This document shows, in pieces, positions 36,274 through 45,813 of a DNA stretch of 64,000 nt. Position 1 is the stretch's first letter; each line of letters opens with the position of its first letter. Source of the DNA: Acidobacteriota bacterium (GTDB lineage: Bacteria > Acidobacteriota > Aminicenantia > Aminicenantales > Saccharicenantaceae); assembly GCA_033549365.1 (NCBI GenBank), contig JAWSUF010000002.1:286082-350081 (forward strand). The letters are read 5' to 3'. The position numbers were made by a program, and so were the translations under genes. The notes below the pieces were generated by a model. That model saw only the letters and a list, made by a program, of their open reading frames with translations. It ran no database searches and was not told the origin of the DNA.

Positions 36274-36324
36274 CCGTGCAACGATCCGCCCGTTGTGATG
36301 GCTGCTTTAAACGATCGGTGCTCT

Positions 36325-37902
36325 TTATCCCTTGAGGATCTTTTCGACCTCCTCCTTGTCCACGTCCGTGATGAAGGGGATGCCGCTGATATCGGCTGCG
36401 TCCCGGGTCAGGGCGGCGATGTCGTCCCGGCTGATGTAGCCGAGGTTGAACTTTCTCTCGCCGGCCATGAGCTGGCGCACGCCCTGACTGAGCCGTGTGA
36501 AGTAGCTGTAAACGCCCAGTGCCCCGGCCGGAATTTCATCGAACTTCTTTCCGAAACGATGACGCAGGTCGGGAGCCGTCACAAAGATCTCGTCGACCGT
36601 GGTGCCGAACCTTTCGACATAGACCGGGATTTGGCCTTCCTGGATCCGTTTGCCGATGGTTTTCCCGACCATGGCCGCGGCCAGGGCGCTTCGAGCCATG
36701 CCGATCGCCTTGACGTAAGGGGCGCCCATGGCGAGTGCCTTGAAGATCTGATCCTCGAAAGTGATTCCGCCGGCGAAAACGATGTCCGGCACGTATTCTC
36801 CGGCCTTGTCCAACATTTGGGCGTATTTGTGGGTCAGACTCCAGATTTCGACGCTGGGGATGCCCCATTCGTTCATCATCCGCCAGGGGCTCATACCTGT
36901 TCCGCCGCCGGCCCCGTCAACGGTCAGCATGTCGAGCTTGGCCTTGGAGGCGAATTTGACGGCCCGGGCCAGGTCGGCCGGTCGGTAGGCCCCCGTCTTG
37001 AGGAAGACGTACTTGGCGCCGGCCTTCCGCAGCTCCTCGACCCGCTTCATGAAGGATTCCTCCTCGACCATGCCGAGACGGGAATGCCGCTCGAATTCCT
37101 TGAAGGAGCCTTTCTTGAAGGCGGCGACGACGGCCGGATCCTCGGGATCGGGGAGCACGATGTAACCCCGTTTTTTCAGTTCCTGGGCTTTCTCGAGACT
37201 GTGGAGCTTGACCTCGCCTCCGATGTCCTTGGCGCCCTGTCCCCATTTAAGCTCGACGGCTTCGACCCCCAGTTTTTCGATGGCATATTCCTGAACGCCG
37301 AGCCGGGTGTCCTCGACGTTGGCCTGAACGACGACCGTCCCGTAGCCGTCGGACCATTTTTTGAAACTTCCGACACGCATCTCCATGTCCGCCGAACGGA
37401 CGATACGGCCCTTCTTGATTTCCGAATCCGGGTCCATGGCGCAGACGTTCTCGCCGACGGTCAGAATGACGCCCGAGATCGCGGCGCCTGCGGCCAGACC
37501 TTCCCAGTTCTGCTTGGCCACGTTGGTCGATCCCATGCCGGGGATGACAAAGGGCAGGCGGAGCTTGATGCCCTTGTCGCGGCCGATCGCCGTTTCGACG
37601 GAGACCTTTTCGAAGGTGGCGATGTCGCTGTCGGCGGCGACTCCCCAGGCTCCGACGGCCGTTCCCATGATGCTGAAGTGGGACAGGTCGACGGGGTACT
37701 CCTTTTCCGAGGCCGCCGTGATGATGCCGAAGGGCTGGGGATAGAGAACCTCGGCGCCCCGGTAGGCGGATTTTCCGATTTCGCACATCCCGATGCAGCC
37801 GTCGACGCAGGTCACGCACATGCCGCTGAATGGGCTGACCGATCCCTCGGTCCGGTTCTTGGTGAGCGTCGCCGCGCTCCGGTTGAGTCGTGTATAGGAC
37901 AT
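36325..37902 (-). CDS. Glutamate synthase large-subunit FMN-binding domain protein (archaeal-type GltB-like) with an N-terminal Cys cluster
   Basis: N-terminal CVTCVDGCIGMCEIG. FMN-domain motifs LTVDGAGGGTGMSP and FAGGITFEDQIFKALAMGA. Confidence 0.8.
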   Translation of the reverse strand: MSYTRLNRSAATLTKNRTEGSVSPFSGMCVTCVDGCIGMCEIGKSAYRGAEVLYPQPFGIITAASEKEYPVDLSHFSIMGTAVGAWGVAADSDIATFEKVSVETAIGRDKGIKLRLPFVIPGMGSTNVAKQNWEGLAAGAAISGVILTVGENVCAMDPDSEIKKGRIVRSADMEMRVGSFKKWSDGYGTVVVQANVEDTRLGVQEYAIEKLGVEAVELKWGQGAKDIGGEVKLHSLEKAQELKKRGYIVLPDPEDPAVVAAFKKGSFKEFERHSRLGMVEEESFMKRVEELRKAGAKYVFLKTGAYRPADLARAVKFASKAKLDMLTVDGAGGGTGMSPWRMMNEWGIPSVEIWSLTHKYAQMLDKAGEYVPDIVFAGGITFEDQIFKALAMGAPYVKAIGMARSALAAAMVGKTIGKRIQEGQIPVYVERFGTTVDEIFVTAPDLRHRFGKKFDEIPAGALGVYSYFTRLSQGVRQLMAGERKFNLGYISRDDIAALTRDAADISGIPFITDVDKEEVEKILKG

Positions 37903-37915
37903 TGTCGTTTACCTC

Positions 37916-38611
37916 CTAAGATTCCTTTTTCTTATCCTGATCCTGAACGCAGGTTCCGCAGCGGCCCGCGTCGTACATCCAGCACTGGAGATCCTCGTGG
38001 TGGTCGAGGCAGGTCGGATCCATGGTCAGACAGGCGTTGCAGAGCACGGTGTCCGCCGAAGGGCCCTGGCAGCGGAGCTGACAGACCGGGCAGATGTACA
38101 TGCAGGCGCCGCAGAGGCGGCACTCCTCCGAACGCATGTCGAACGGCGTCGAGATTTTTTTTTTGTAGCCGCGCTGCTGGAACCCGATGGCCCGGCCGTC
38201 CATCTGTTCGGCGCACATTCGGACACACAACCCGCACAGGATGCACTCCTCGTTGCGGGGGGTGAACCTCACCTGGGTGACGCCGAACTTGGAGGCCAGG
38301 TCCTGAAGCTGTTTCGACCCGGGGGCGACCGAAAGCATGAGCTCGATCATCATCCGCCGGGCGGCGATGACGCGCCGCGTGTCCGTCCGGACGACCAAGC
38401 CCGCCTCCGCCGGATAGGTGCAGGAGGACACCAGTTTGGCCCGCGGCCCCTCCCCGATCTCCACCACGCAGAGACGGCAGCCTCCGAAGGGCGTCAATCC
38501 GTCGTTGTGGCAGAGCGTCGGGATTTCGAGACCGTAGAATCGGGCGGTCTCCAGAAGAGTCCAGCCTTCCTCGGCCTTGACTTCCAAACCGTTGAGTATG
38601 AGGTCGATCAT
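37916..38611 (-). CDS. Ferredoxin with a NuoG/HydA-N-terminal-like [2Fe-2S] domain plus two [4Fe-4S] motifs
   Basis: From MIDLILNGLEV. CHNDGLTPFGGCRLC (2Fe-2S), CILCGLCVRMC and CRLCGACMYICPVC. Its ATGA overlaps the upstream stop. Confidence 0.75.
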   Translation of the reverse strand: MIDLILNGLEVKAEEGWTLLETARFYGLEIPTLCHNDGLTPFGGCRLCVVEIGEGPRAKLVSSCTYPAEAGLVVRTDTRRVIAARRMMIELMLSVAPGSKQLQDLASKFGVTQVRFTPRNEECILCGLCVRMCAEQMDGRAIGFQQRGYKKKISTPFDMRSEECRLCGACMYICPVCQLRCQGPSADTVLCNACLTMDPTCLDHHEDLQCWMYDAGRCGTCVQDQDKKKES

Positions 38612-41600
38612 ATTTCCCGTCCTGTGGCTTTTTTGCCGTCCTCGGTATCGAGCTCGCATCGAAGGCAACGGCGGGCTTCACGCACAGCCATGTCTTTCGT
38701 GAAACCCAGCTCGACCTCCTCGTGCCCGGTTCTTCTTTTCGCCGGGGAGAGGTGCGGCATCTTTTCCCGCTTGGCGTTCTGGGCTTCCTCTTCGGAAAGT
38801 TTGACCGGCGGGACATAAAGGCTGGGCCGCGTGAGGCTGTGTGTCCGGGGAATGATGCGGCCCTCCAGGTAATTTTCGATGGACCGCGCGGCCAGTTTGC
38901 CGGCGGCGATGGCGTCGACGACACTGCTCGGGCCCGTAACGACGTCGCCGCCCGCGAAAACTCCCGGTCGTGTCGTGGCCAGCGTGGCCGGATCCACGAT
39001 GATCGTTCCCCATTTCGAATCCAGGGTCAGGCCGTCGCTTTCTCTGAGGTAGGGCGTGTAGGCGCGTTCGCTGATGGCCAGAATCAGCGTGTCCGCCTTG
39101 GCTTGGAATTCGGATCCGGGCACGGGGACCGGGCGGGCCCGGCCGCTTTCGTCCCTTTCGCCGAGTTTCATCCGCAGGCATTCCACGCCGACGACCCGGT
39201 CGTTTTCGGTCCGGACCCGGATCGGTGCGACGAGAAATTGGATGTCGATGCCCTCTTCCAGGGCCGCTTCGACCTCTTCCGGGTAAGCCGGCATTTCTTT
39301 CCGGGTGCGCCGATAGAGCACGGTGACCTTTTTGACCTTTTTGTCCCGGAAGGCCACCCGCGCGGCGTCGACGGCCGAGTTGCCGCCGCCGATGACGACC
39401 ACTTCGGCGCCCAGGTTGACGGGGATGCCGAGATGGTGCTCTTTCAGGTATTCGAGGGATTGGAGAACGCCCTCGGCTTCCTCTCCCGGGACCCCGATTT
39501 CGATGGGTTTGTGGGCCCCGGTCGCCAGGAAAACGCATTGATAACCCTGTTGGAAAAGGTCGTCCAGGCTGAAGTCCTTGCCCAGCGTCATGTTGGTCTT
39601 GATGTTGAGACCGGATTTGACCAGGTAATCGATGTCGTGCTTCAGGATATCCTTGGGGAGACGGTGATCGGGGATCGTGACCTGGAGCATGCCGCCGGCG
39701 ACGGGGAGGGATTCGAAAATCCGGACCGGATAGCCTTTTGCGGCCAGAGCATAGCCGGCCGCGAGTCCGGCCGGTCCGGCACCGATAATGGCCACCTTTT
39801 CGCTTTTGGTGACCGGGAATTTCGGTGGGGAGTCGAGGCCGTTGGCCCGCCCCCAGTCCGTGACGAATCTCTTGATGGCCCGGATGGCGATGGGTTCGCC
39901 GATTTCGCCGGCCCGGCAGGACGACTCGCAGGTCCGGCTGCAGACCCGGCCGCAGACCGAGGGCAGGGGGTTGTCCTTGCGGATAATTTCGAAAGCTTCC
40001 TTGAACTTCTTTGCGGCCGTAAGGGCGATGTAAGTGGCGGCCTCCTGGTCGATGGGACATGTGTAGTGGCAGGGGGCGGAGACAATCTCCTTGCAGACCA
40101 TGGCCGGGCATTTTTTCTCGAGAACGTGTTTTTCGTATTCGTCCCGGAAATACTTGAGGGTGGAGAGAACGGGGTTGGCCGCCGTCTGACCGAGCCCGCA
40201 GAGGGAGGCGTCCTTGACCGCGGCGGCAAGTTCCTCGAGAACGGCGAGATCGGACGGCACGGCCCGGCCGTCCGTGACGGCCTTGACGATTTCGTACATG
40301 CGCCGGGTGCCTTCGCGGCAGGAGACGCATTTGCCGCACGATTCGTCCTGAAGGAAATTCAGAAAATACTTGGCGATGTCGACCATGCAGGTCTTGTCGT
40401 CCATGACGATCATGCCGCCCGAGCCCATGATGGAGCCGGCCTGGCTCAGGCTCTGGTAATCGATGGGCAGATCGAGCATTTCCTTGGGAATGCACCCTCC
40501 CGAAGGGCCTCCGGTCTGGACGGCCTTGAAGGCCCGGCCGCCGGGGATCCCGCCGCCGACATCGTAGATGATTTCCCGGAGGCTCATGCCCATCGGGACT
40601 TCGACGAGGCCGGTGTTGTTGATCTTGCCGACAAGCGAGAAGATCTTGGTGCCCTTGCTTCCGTCCGTTCCGATCCGGGCGAACCATTCGGCGCCCTTGT
40701 CGACGATGATGGGGACGGTTCCCCATGTTTCGACGTTGTTGATGTTGGTCGGCTTCTTCCAGAGGCCCTTCTGGGCCGGGAACGGCGGGCGCTGCCGCGG
40801 CTCGCCGACTTTGCCCTCGATGGAGGCGATGAGCGCGGTCTCCTCGCCGCAGACAAAGGCGCCGGCGCCCTTGGCGATAAGGATGTCGAAATCGAAGCCG
40901 GTGCCCAGGATGTTTTTTCCCAGAAGACCGAGCCGGTAAAGATCGGCGATGGCCAGGGAGACGTGCTTGACGGCCAGGGGATACTCGTCGCGGGCGTAGA
41001 TATAGCCCGTTCCGGCCCCGATGGCGTAGGCGCCGATCATCATGCCTTCGAGCACACGGTGCGGGTTCCCTTCGAGAAGACTGCGATCCATATAGGCGCC
41101 CGGGTCACCTTCATCGGCGTTGCAGATGACGTATTTGACGTCGCCTTTGGCCGCCCGGGCCAGTTCCCATTTGACTCCGGTGGGGAATCCGGCGCCGCCC
41201 CGGCCCCGAAGTCCCGATTCCTTGACGGCGGCGACGACCTCGTCGGGGGACATCCGGGTCAGGGCCTTGACAAACGTCCGGTATCCGCCGATCGCGAAAT
41301 AATCTTCGATCTGCGTTGGGTCGATCCGGGGATTGTCGCCGAGGACAATGCGTTTTTGCTTCTTATAGAAAGGGATGTCCGACTCCTTGGCGGCCTCAAT
41401 CCCGGTTTCGGGTTCCGTGTAAAGGAGTTTCTGAATGATTCTGTCGTTTTTGACGGTTTCCCTGACGATGGCCCGGCTGTCCCGCGGCTGCACTTTCTGG
41501 TAGAAGATATCCCGCGGAGTGATGATGATGTTGGGTTCGGCCTCGCAGAATCCGTGGCAGCCTGAAACCCGGACCTGAACGCGCTTTTGTAGGCGCAGAT

Positions 41601-41784
41601 CCTTGACGGCCCGGCCCAGAGCGGCGATGACTTTCAGCGAACCACGGGCCCGGCCGCATGTGCCGGCCGATACGGTGAGAACCGTTCGGGTGTCCGCCTT
41701 GCGGTCGCGGACGATCCCGTTCGCATAGGCCGTGAATTCCCGGGCGGTTTTGAACTTGGCCTCATGTTTCATGGCGCGTCTCAT
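38608..41784 (-). CDS. Fusion protein: NuoF/HydB-like NADH-FMN module (with an N-terminal thioredoxin-like 2Fe-2S domain and a C-terminal 2x4Fe-4S domain) fused to a GltD/NfnB-like FAD-NAD(P)H oxidoreductase domain
   Basis: GLRGRGGAGFPTGVKW and ESCGKCVSCREGT (51-kDa family). GltD-part Rossmann motifs VAIIGAGPAGLAAGYALAAKG and VVVIGGGNSAVDAARV. The true start MRRAM (41784) or MKHEAKF (41772) overlaps the NuoE stop. Confidence 0.85.
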   Translation of the reverse strand: MRRAMKHEAKFKTAREFTAYANGIVRDRKADTRTVLTVSAGTCGRARGSLKVIAALGRAVKDLRLQKRVQVRVSGCHGFCEAEPNIIITPRDIFYQKVQPRDSRAIVRETVKNDRIIQKLLYTEPETGIEAAKESDIPFYKKQKRIVLGDNPRIDPTQIEDYFAIGGYRTFVKALTRMSPDEVVAAVKESGLRGRGGAGFPTGVKWELARAAKGDVKYVICNADEGDPGAYMDRSLLEGNPHRVLEGMMIGAYAIGAGTGYIYARDEYPLAVKHVSLAIADLYRLGLLGKNILGTGFDFDILIAKGAGAFVCGEETALIASIEGKVGEPRQRPPFPAQKGLWKKPTNINNVETWGTVPIIVDKGAEWFARIGTDGSKGTKIFSLVGKINNTGLVEVPMGMSLREIIYDVGGGIPGGRAFKAVQTGGPSGGCIPKEMLDLPIDYQSLSQAGSIMGSGGMIVMDDKTCMVDIAKYFLNFLQDESCGKCVSCREGTRRMYEIVKAVTDGRAVPSDLAVLEELAAAVKDASLCGLGQTAANPVLSTLKYFRDEYEKHVLEKKCPAMVCKEIVSAPCHYTCPIDQEAATYIALTAAKKFKEAFEIIRKDNPLPSVCGRVCSRTCESSCRAGEIGEPIAIRAIKRFVTDWGRANGLDSPPKFPVTKSEKVAIIGAGPAGLAAGYALAAKGYPVRIFESLPVAGGMLQVTIPDHRLPKDILKHDIDYLVKSGLNIKTNMTLGKDFSLDDLFQQGYQCVFLATGAHKPIEIGVPGEEAEGVLQSLEYLKEHHLGIPVNLGAEVVVIGGGNSAVDAARVAFRDKKVKKVTVLYRRTRKEMPAYPEEVEAALEEGIDIQFLVAPIRVRTENDRVVGVECLRMKLGERDESGRARPVPVPGSEFQAKADTLILAISERAYTPYLRESDGLTLDSKWGTIIVDPATLATTRPGVFAGGDVVTGPSSVVDAIAAGKLAARSIENYLEGRIIPRTHSLTRPSLYVPPVKLSEEEAQNAKREKMPHLSPAKRRTGHEEVELGFTKDMAVREARRCLRCELDTEDGKKATGREI

Positions 41785-42245
41785 TTCTTGTACTTCTTCA
41801 GGATCGGGACGACCTTGCGCATGGAGGTATGGGCATGGTAGTCCTTGTCGACCACGACGACGGGACCGATGGCACAACACCCCAGGCAGGCCACGGTGTC
41901 CAGGGTGAATTGTCCGTCCTTGGTGGTCTGGCCCGGTTTCACCTTGAGCTGGCGCTCGAATTCGTCCAGGATCTTGGGACCTCCCCGGACATGGCAGGCC
42001 GTTCCCAGGCAAACCGTACAGGTGTGCTTCCCGCGAGGGGCCAGGCTGAAGGCCCGATAGAACGTCGCCACGCCGATGACATCGACGAGCGGAATGTTGA
42101 GCGCCTTGGCCACCTGTTTCAGACAGTCTCGGGGAAGATAGTTGTATTCCTCCTGGATGTCCTGCAGGATGGCGATGAGAGCTTTCTTGTTTCCGCCGTG
42201 TCTGTCGACGAGCGATTGAATTTTCGCCGTCTCTACACGCAACAT
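41781..42245 (-). CDS. NuoE-like [2Fe-2S] ferredoxin subunit
   Basis: CTVCLGTACHVRGG ... CLGCCAIGP. Confidence 0.8.
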   Translation of the reverse strand: MLRVETAKIQSLVDRHGGNKKALIAILQDIQEEYNYLPRDCLKQVAKALNIPLVDVIGVATFYRAFSLAPRGKHTCTVCLGTACHVRGGPKILDEFERQLKVKPGQTTKDGQFTLDTVACLGCCAIGPVVVVDKDYHAHTSMRKVVPILKKYKK

Positions 42246-42481
42246 TCACCTCCGGATTGAAAGATTAGTATCGTAAAAATCGGATGGTCCGTGTATCGGC
42301 CGGCGGCCGGCCGGGGCCCCGGGGTCTTGGAGGGAGCGGCGGATAATGATAATATGACTTGCTCCTCGCACCCATCGAGCCGGAGGTGCGAAAATAAATA
42401 CAGAAACGGTTTATACCAGAGAAAAAGAGCTGTTGTCAAGAAGAATGCAACAAAGAATGCCGTTTGTCCGCTAAAGGTGTC

Positions 42482-43144
42482 ATGAAAAAGCTGTATGTCA
42501 CGCCCGAGACGATCGAGAGTCGAAGCCGGGACTTTCTGAGGGAATATTCCGGCCTGCAACCGGCTCGGCCCCCCGGTTTTGATTTTCTTCGCTCGGCCCT
42601 CCTGGTTTTGGACATGCAGCGCGTCTTTATGGACCCATCCTCCCACGCCTATATCCCGAGTGCCCCGGCTGTTATTCCCCGAATCAGGGCTCTGGCCGAG
42701 GCCTATGAAATCCGCAATCGGCCGGCGATTTTCACACGCCATGTCAACACGCCGGAGGATGCCGGCCGCATGGCGGACTGGTGGAGAAACAGAATCGCCC
42801 CCGACAACCCCTTGTCGGCGCTGATTCCCGAATTCCACAGGCCTTCGGACCGGGTCATCCTCAAGAGCCGTTACGATGCGTTTTTCCGGACGCCGCTCGA
42901 GGAGATGTTGCGCGGCGGCGGCGTCGACCAGGTGGTGATCTGCGGTGTGATGACGCACCTGTGCTGCGAGACGACGGCCCGGTCCGCCTTCATGCGCGGT
43001 TTTGATGTTTTCTTCACTGTGGACGGAACGGCCACGTATACGGAAGCTTTCCATCGGGCCAGCCTTCTCAACCTGGCCCATGGTTTTGCCGTCTTGACCC
43101 TGTCGGAGACGATCCTGGAGGCTGCGAGAGGCGATGAAGGTTGA
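42482..43144 (+). CDS. Isochorismatase-family (cysteine hydrolase) protein
   Basis: ALLVLDMQRVF...VVICGVMTHLCCETTARSA (catalytic Cys in the conserved VICG...C context). The start is 42482 (MKKLYV) or 42464. Confidence 0.65.
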   Translation: MKKLYVTPETIESRSRDFLREYSGLQPARPPGFDFLRSALLVLDMQRVFMDPSSHAYIPSAPAVIPRIRALAEAYEIRNRPAIFTRHVNTPEDAGRMADWWRNRIAPDNPLSALIPEFHRPSDRVILKSRYDAFFRTPLEEMLRGGGVDQVVICGVMTHLCCETTARSAFMRGFDVFFTVDGTATYTEAFHRASLLNLAHGFAVLTLSETILEAARGDEG

Positions 43145-44024
43145 ACCCGTGGCCGTTATCGGAGCCGGTCCGGCCGGGCTTGCGGCCGCCATGCAACTGG
43201 CCCGCATGGGGATATCCGCAAGGCTTTTGGAACGGGCCGATCCGGGCGGGTTGCTTCTGAATGCTCATTGGGTCGAGAATTATCCCGGGTTTCCGGACGG
43301 CCTGTCCGGCCCCGATCTCGTCCGCTTAATGCGGCGCCATGCCGAAAGTTTCGGCGCCGTTCTGACGAAGGATGAGATTGTCTCGATCGTGGACGAAGAC
43401 AAGGTTTTCCGGATCAAAGGCCGCGCCCGGAATTACCTGGCCCGCAGGATCGTTTTGGCCTCGGGAACAAAAGCCCGGGGGCCGGCCGGATGCGAAATTC
43501 CTCCGGAGATGGAGGGCCGCATCCACACCGAAGTCGTCGCCCTGCGCGAGGCCTCGGGTCTTCGGATTGCCGTTGTCGGAGCGGGCGATGCGGCTTTCGA
43601 CTATGCCATCGGTCTTTCGGAAAGGAATGATGTGACTCTCTTGAAACGCAGCGCCGGCGTCCGGTGCCTGTCTCTCCTCCGGGAAAGGGCCGCAAAAAAC
43701 GCATGCATCGACATCCGAAATCATGTGAACGTCCTCCGCCTGGCCCCGGTGCCGTCCGGCGGCGCATCTGTTTGCGGAACGTGGAAGGGAAGCGATTTCC
43801 GTCTGGACGTCGATGCCGTGATCTTCGCCGTCGGCCGCGATCCGGAGACGGGCTGTCTTTCTCGCGAACTTCTTGAAAACATCCCGGTGCTTCGCGCATC
43901 CGGCCGGCTTTTTCCGGCGGGGGACATCCATAACGGCCTCTGCCGGCAGGCCTCGATCGCCGCGGGAGACGGAATCCGGGCGGCCATGGAAATCCACAGG
44001 CTCATGAAGGAGGCCGGAGAATGA
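43134..44024 (+). CDS. FAD/NAD(P)-binding oxidoreductase (thioredoxin-reductase-like fold)
   Basis: Two dinucleotide motifs, VAVIGAGPAGLAAA and IAVVGAGDAAFDYA. Confidence 0.7.
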   Translation: MKVEPVAVIGAGPAGLAAAMQLARMGISARLLERADPGGLLLNAHWVENYPGFPDGLSGPDLVRLMRRHAESFGAVLTKDEIVSIVDEDKVFRIKGRARNYLARRIVLASGTKARGPAGCEIPPEMEGRIHTEVVALREASGLRIAVVGAGDAAFDYAIGLSERNDVTLLKRSAGVRCLSLLRERAAKNACIDIRNHVNVLRLAPVPSGGASVCGTWKGSDFRLDVDAVIFAVGRDPETGCLSRELLENIPVLRASGRLFPAGDIHNGLCRQASIAAGDGIRAAMEIHRLMKEAGE

Positions 44025-44974
44025 AAATCCTGGCTGCCGCGGGAACCGAGGATGTGGCCATGGTCTACATCGCCGATATCGGAGACGGACGCAAAATCGA
44101 GCTGGTCGAATCCGTTCAGCCGCCGATTCCGCGCCTCAGGAAATGGGTGCTTCTGATTTCCACGCTGTGCGGCTGTCCGATCGGGTGTGCGATGTGCGAC
44201 GCCGGAGGCGGTTATCAGGGTCTTCTTTCCAAGGACGAGATTCTGGCCCAGATCGATTTTCTGGTCCGCCGCCGTTATCCCGACGGACATGTCCCGTGCG
44301 AGCAGTTCAAGATCCAATTCGCCCGCATGGGGGAACCGGCGCTCAATCCGGCCGTGCTCGATGTCTTGGACGAACTGCCGTCGCGTTTGGACGCTCCCGG
44401 TCTTATGCCGTCTCTATCGACGATCGCCCCGGCCGGTGCAGAAGACTTTTTCGAAGCCCTGATCGACATCAAGCGCCGCCGTTATGCCGGGGGGCGTTTC
44501 CAGTTCCAGTTTTCCATCCATTCCACGGACGCGGCTTGGCGGGGCAAACTGATTCCCGCGAAGACGTGGAGCTTCTCCGAGATGGCCGCCTACGGACGCC
44601 GCTTTTTCGCTCCGGGCGACCGGAAGATCGTTCTCAATTTCGCCCTGCCGCGGGAAGCTCCGGTCGATCCCGCAATCCTGAAGGACCACTTCGATCCGGA
44701 ACTTTTTCTAATCAAGATCACGCCCCTCAACCCGACCTATCGAGCTCGCGACAACCGTCTTGCGTCCGCAGTCGATCCGGATGCCCCCGAGGCCGATGCG
44801 GCGGCGGCCGACTTCCTGCGTGCGGCCGGCTACCGGGTGATTGTGAGCGTCGGGGAAGCCGAGGAAAACCAAATCGGCAGCAATTGCGGGCAATATCTAC
44901 GCCGCCACCTGGAAAGCCCGGCCCCCCTGGCCGACGGCTATTCTTACCCTCCGTTGCTTGGCTTCGATAAGTAA
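44021..44974 (+). CDS. Radical SAM protein with an RlmN/Cfr-like core
   Basis: CGCPIGCAMC (Cx3Cx2C) and the MGEPALNP motif, which resembles the RlmN GEP motif. It is shorter than RlmN. Confidence 0.5.
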   Translation: MKILAAAGTEDVAMVYIADIGDGRKIELVESVQPPIPRLRKWVLLISTLCGCPIGCAMCDAGGGYQGLLSKDEILAQIDFLVRRRYPDGHVPCEQFKIQFARMGEPALNPAVLDVLDELPSRLDAPGLMPSLSTIAPAGAEDFFEALIDIKRRRYAGGRFQFQFSIHSTDAAWRGKLIPAKTWSFSEMAAYGRRFFAPGDRKIVLNFALPREAPVDPAILKDHFDPELFLIKITPLNPTYRARDNRLASAVDPDAPEADAAAADFLRAAGYRVIVSVGEAEENQIGSNCGQYLRRHLESPAPLADGYSYPPLLGFDK

Positions 44975-44999
44975 CACATAAGCCACAACACAGCAAATT

Positions 45000-45662
45000 T
45001 CATCCGGATGACATTCGGTCCGCAAAGCCGCTCTCAAGGATCGGAAGAATATCCGAGGGAGAGTCGGCGATGGCGTCGGGTCGGCCCTGGCGCAGGAGGG
45101 AAAGGATGTCGTATCCCCAGGAGACCGCGATAACCCGGATGGGGACTTTTTTGCAGGCTGTGATATCTCTCAGCTCGTCGCCCACATAGACGGCCTCCGC
45201 CTTCTTGATGCGGTTGCGGATCAGAAAACTCCGGATGGCGGCATGTTTGCCGAGGAGATTTTTGGCCGTATGGATTTTTTTGAAGATGTCGGTCATGCCG
45301 TGATCGTTCAGGAAGGTCCGGATGTTCTGCTCCGAATTCGAGGAAAGGATATAAATGCGGAATCCTTTATCCGCCAGGGAGGTGAGCATGTCGTGGACTC
45401 CCGGATAGGGGACGGCCTGGTGCATGAACTCGCTGACAATGGCCCGTGTTTCGCGGGCCAGCCGGGGCAGAAGACTGAGAGGGACTCCGGCTTTATTCAA
45501 GCGTTCAAGGATCGGCAGCCTCCACAGCTCTTCCAGCTTCTCCTTGGGCCACTCCGGGAAATTGTATTTTGTCGCCAAACGCCGGTAGACTTGAAGAAGA
45601 GCTTGACGGGTGTCGGCCAGCGTGCCGTCGAAGTCGAAAAGGACGGTATTCAGTTCGTTCAT
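45000..45662 (-). CDS. HAD-superfamily hydrolase (phosphatase-like)
   Basis: Motif I VLFDFDGTLADT and motif IV YVGDELRDI. Confidence 0.75.
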   Translation of the reverse strand: MNELNTVLFDFDGTLADTRQALLQVYRRLATKYNFPEWPKEKLEELWRLPILERLNKAGVPLSLLPRLARETRAIVSEFMHQAVPYPGVHDMLTSLADKGFRIYILSSNSEQNIRTFLNDHGMTDIFKKIHTAKNLLGKHAAIRSFLIRNRIKKAEAVYVGDELRDITACKKVPIRVIAVSWGYDILSLLRQGRPDAIADSPSDILPILESGFADRMSSG

Positions 45663-45813
45663 CTGTTTGCGAATCTCCAAAATACATGGGACGAGAGCGC
45701 AAAGTCAATGTTTTCGGTGAAAATCGGGGAATTGACAGAGGCGGCCTTTTGTGCTGAGATACGTTTCGATGAATGTCGATATTTTTTCGGCAGTTAAACG
45801 CGAAGGAGGTTCT

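Noticed and set aside
36295-38265. 656-aa plus-strand ORF
   Set aside because: It is antisense to the GltB-FMN and ferredoxin genes.
38722-41565. 947-aa plus-strand ORF
   Set aside because: It is antisense to the NuoF-GltD fusion gene. It shows the same D/G/A-rich shadow pattern as 68-1996.
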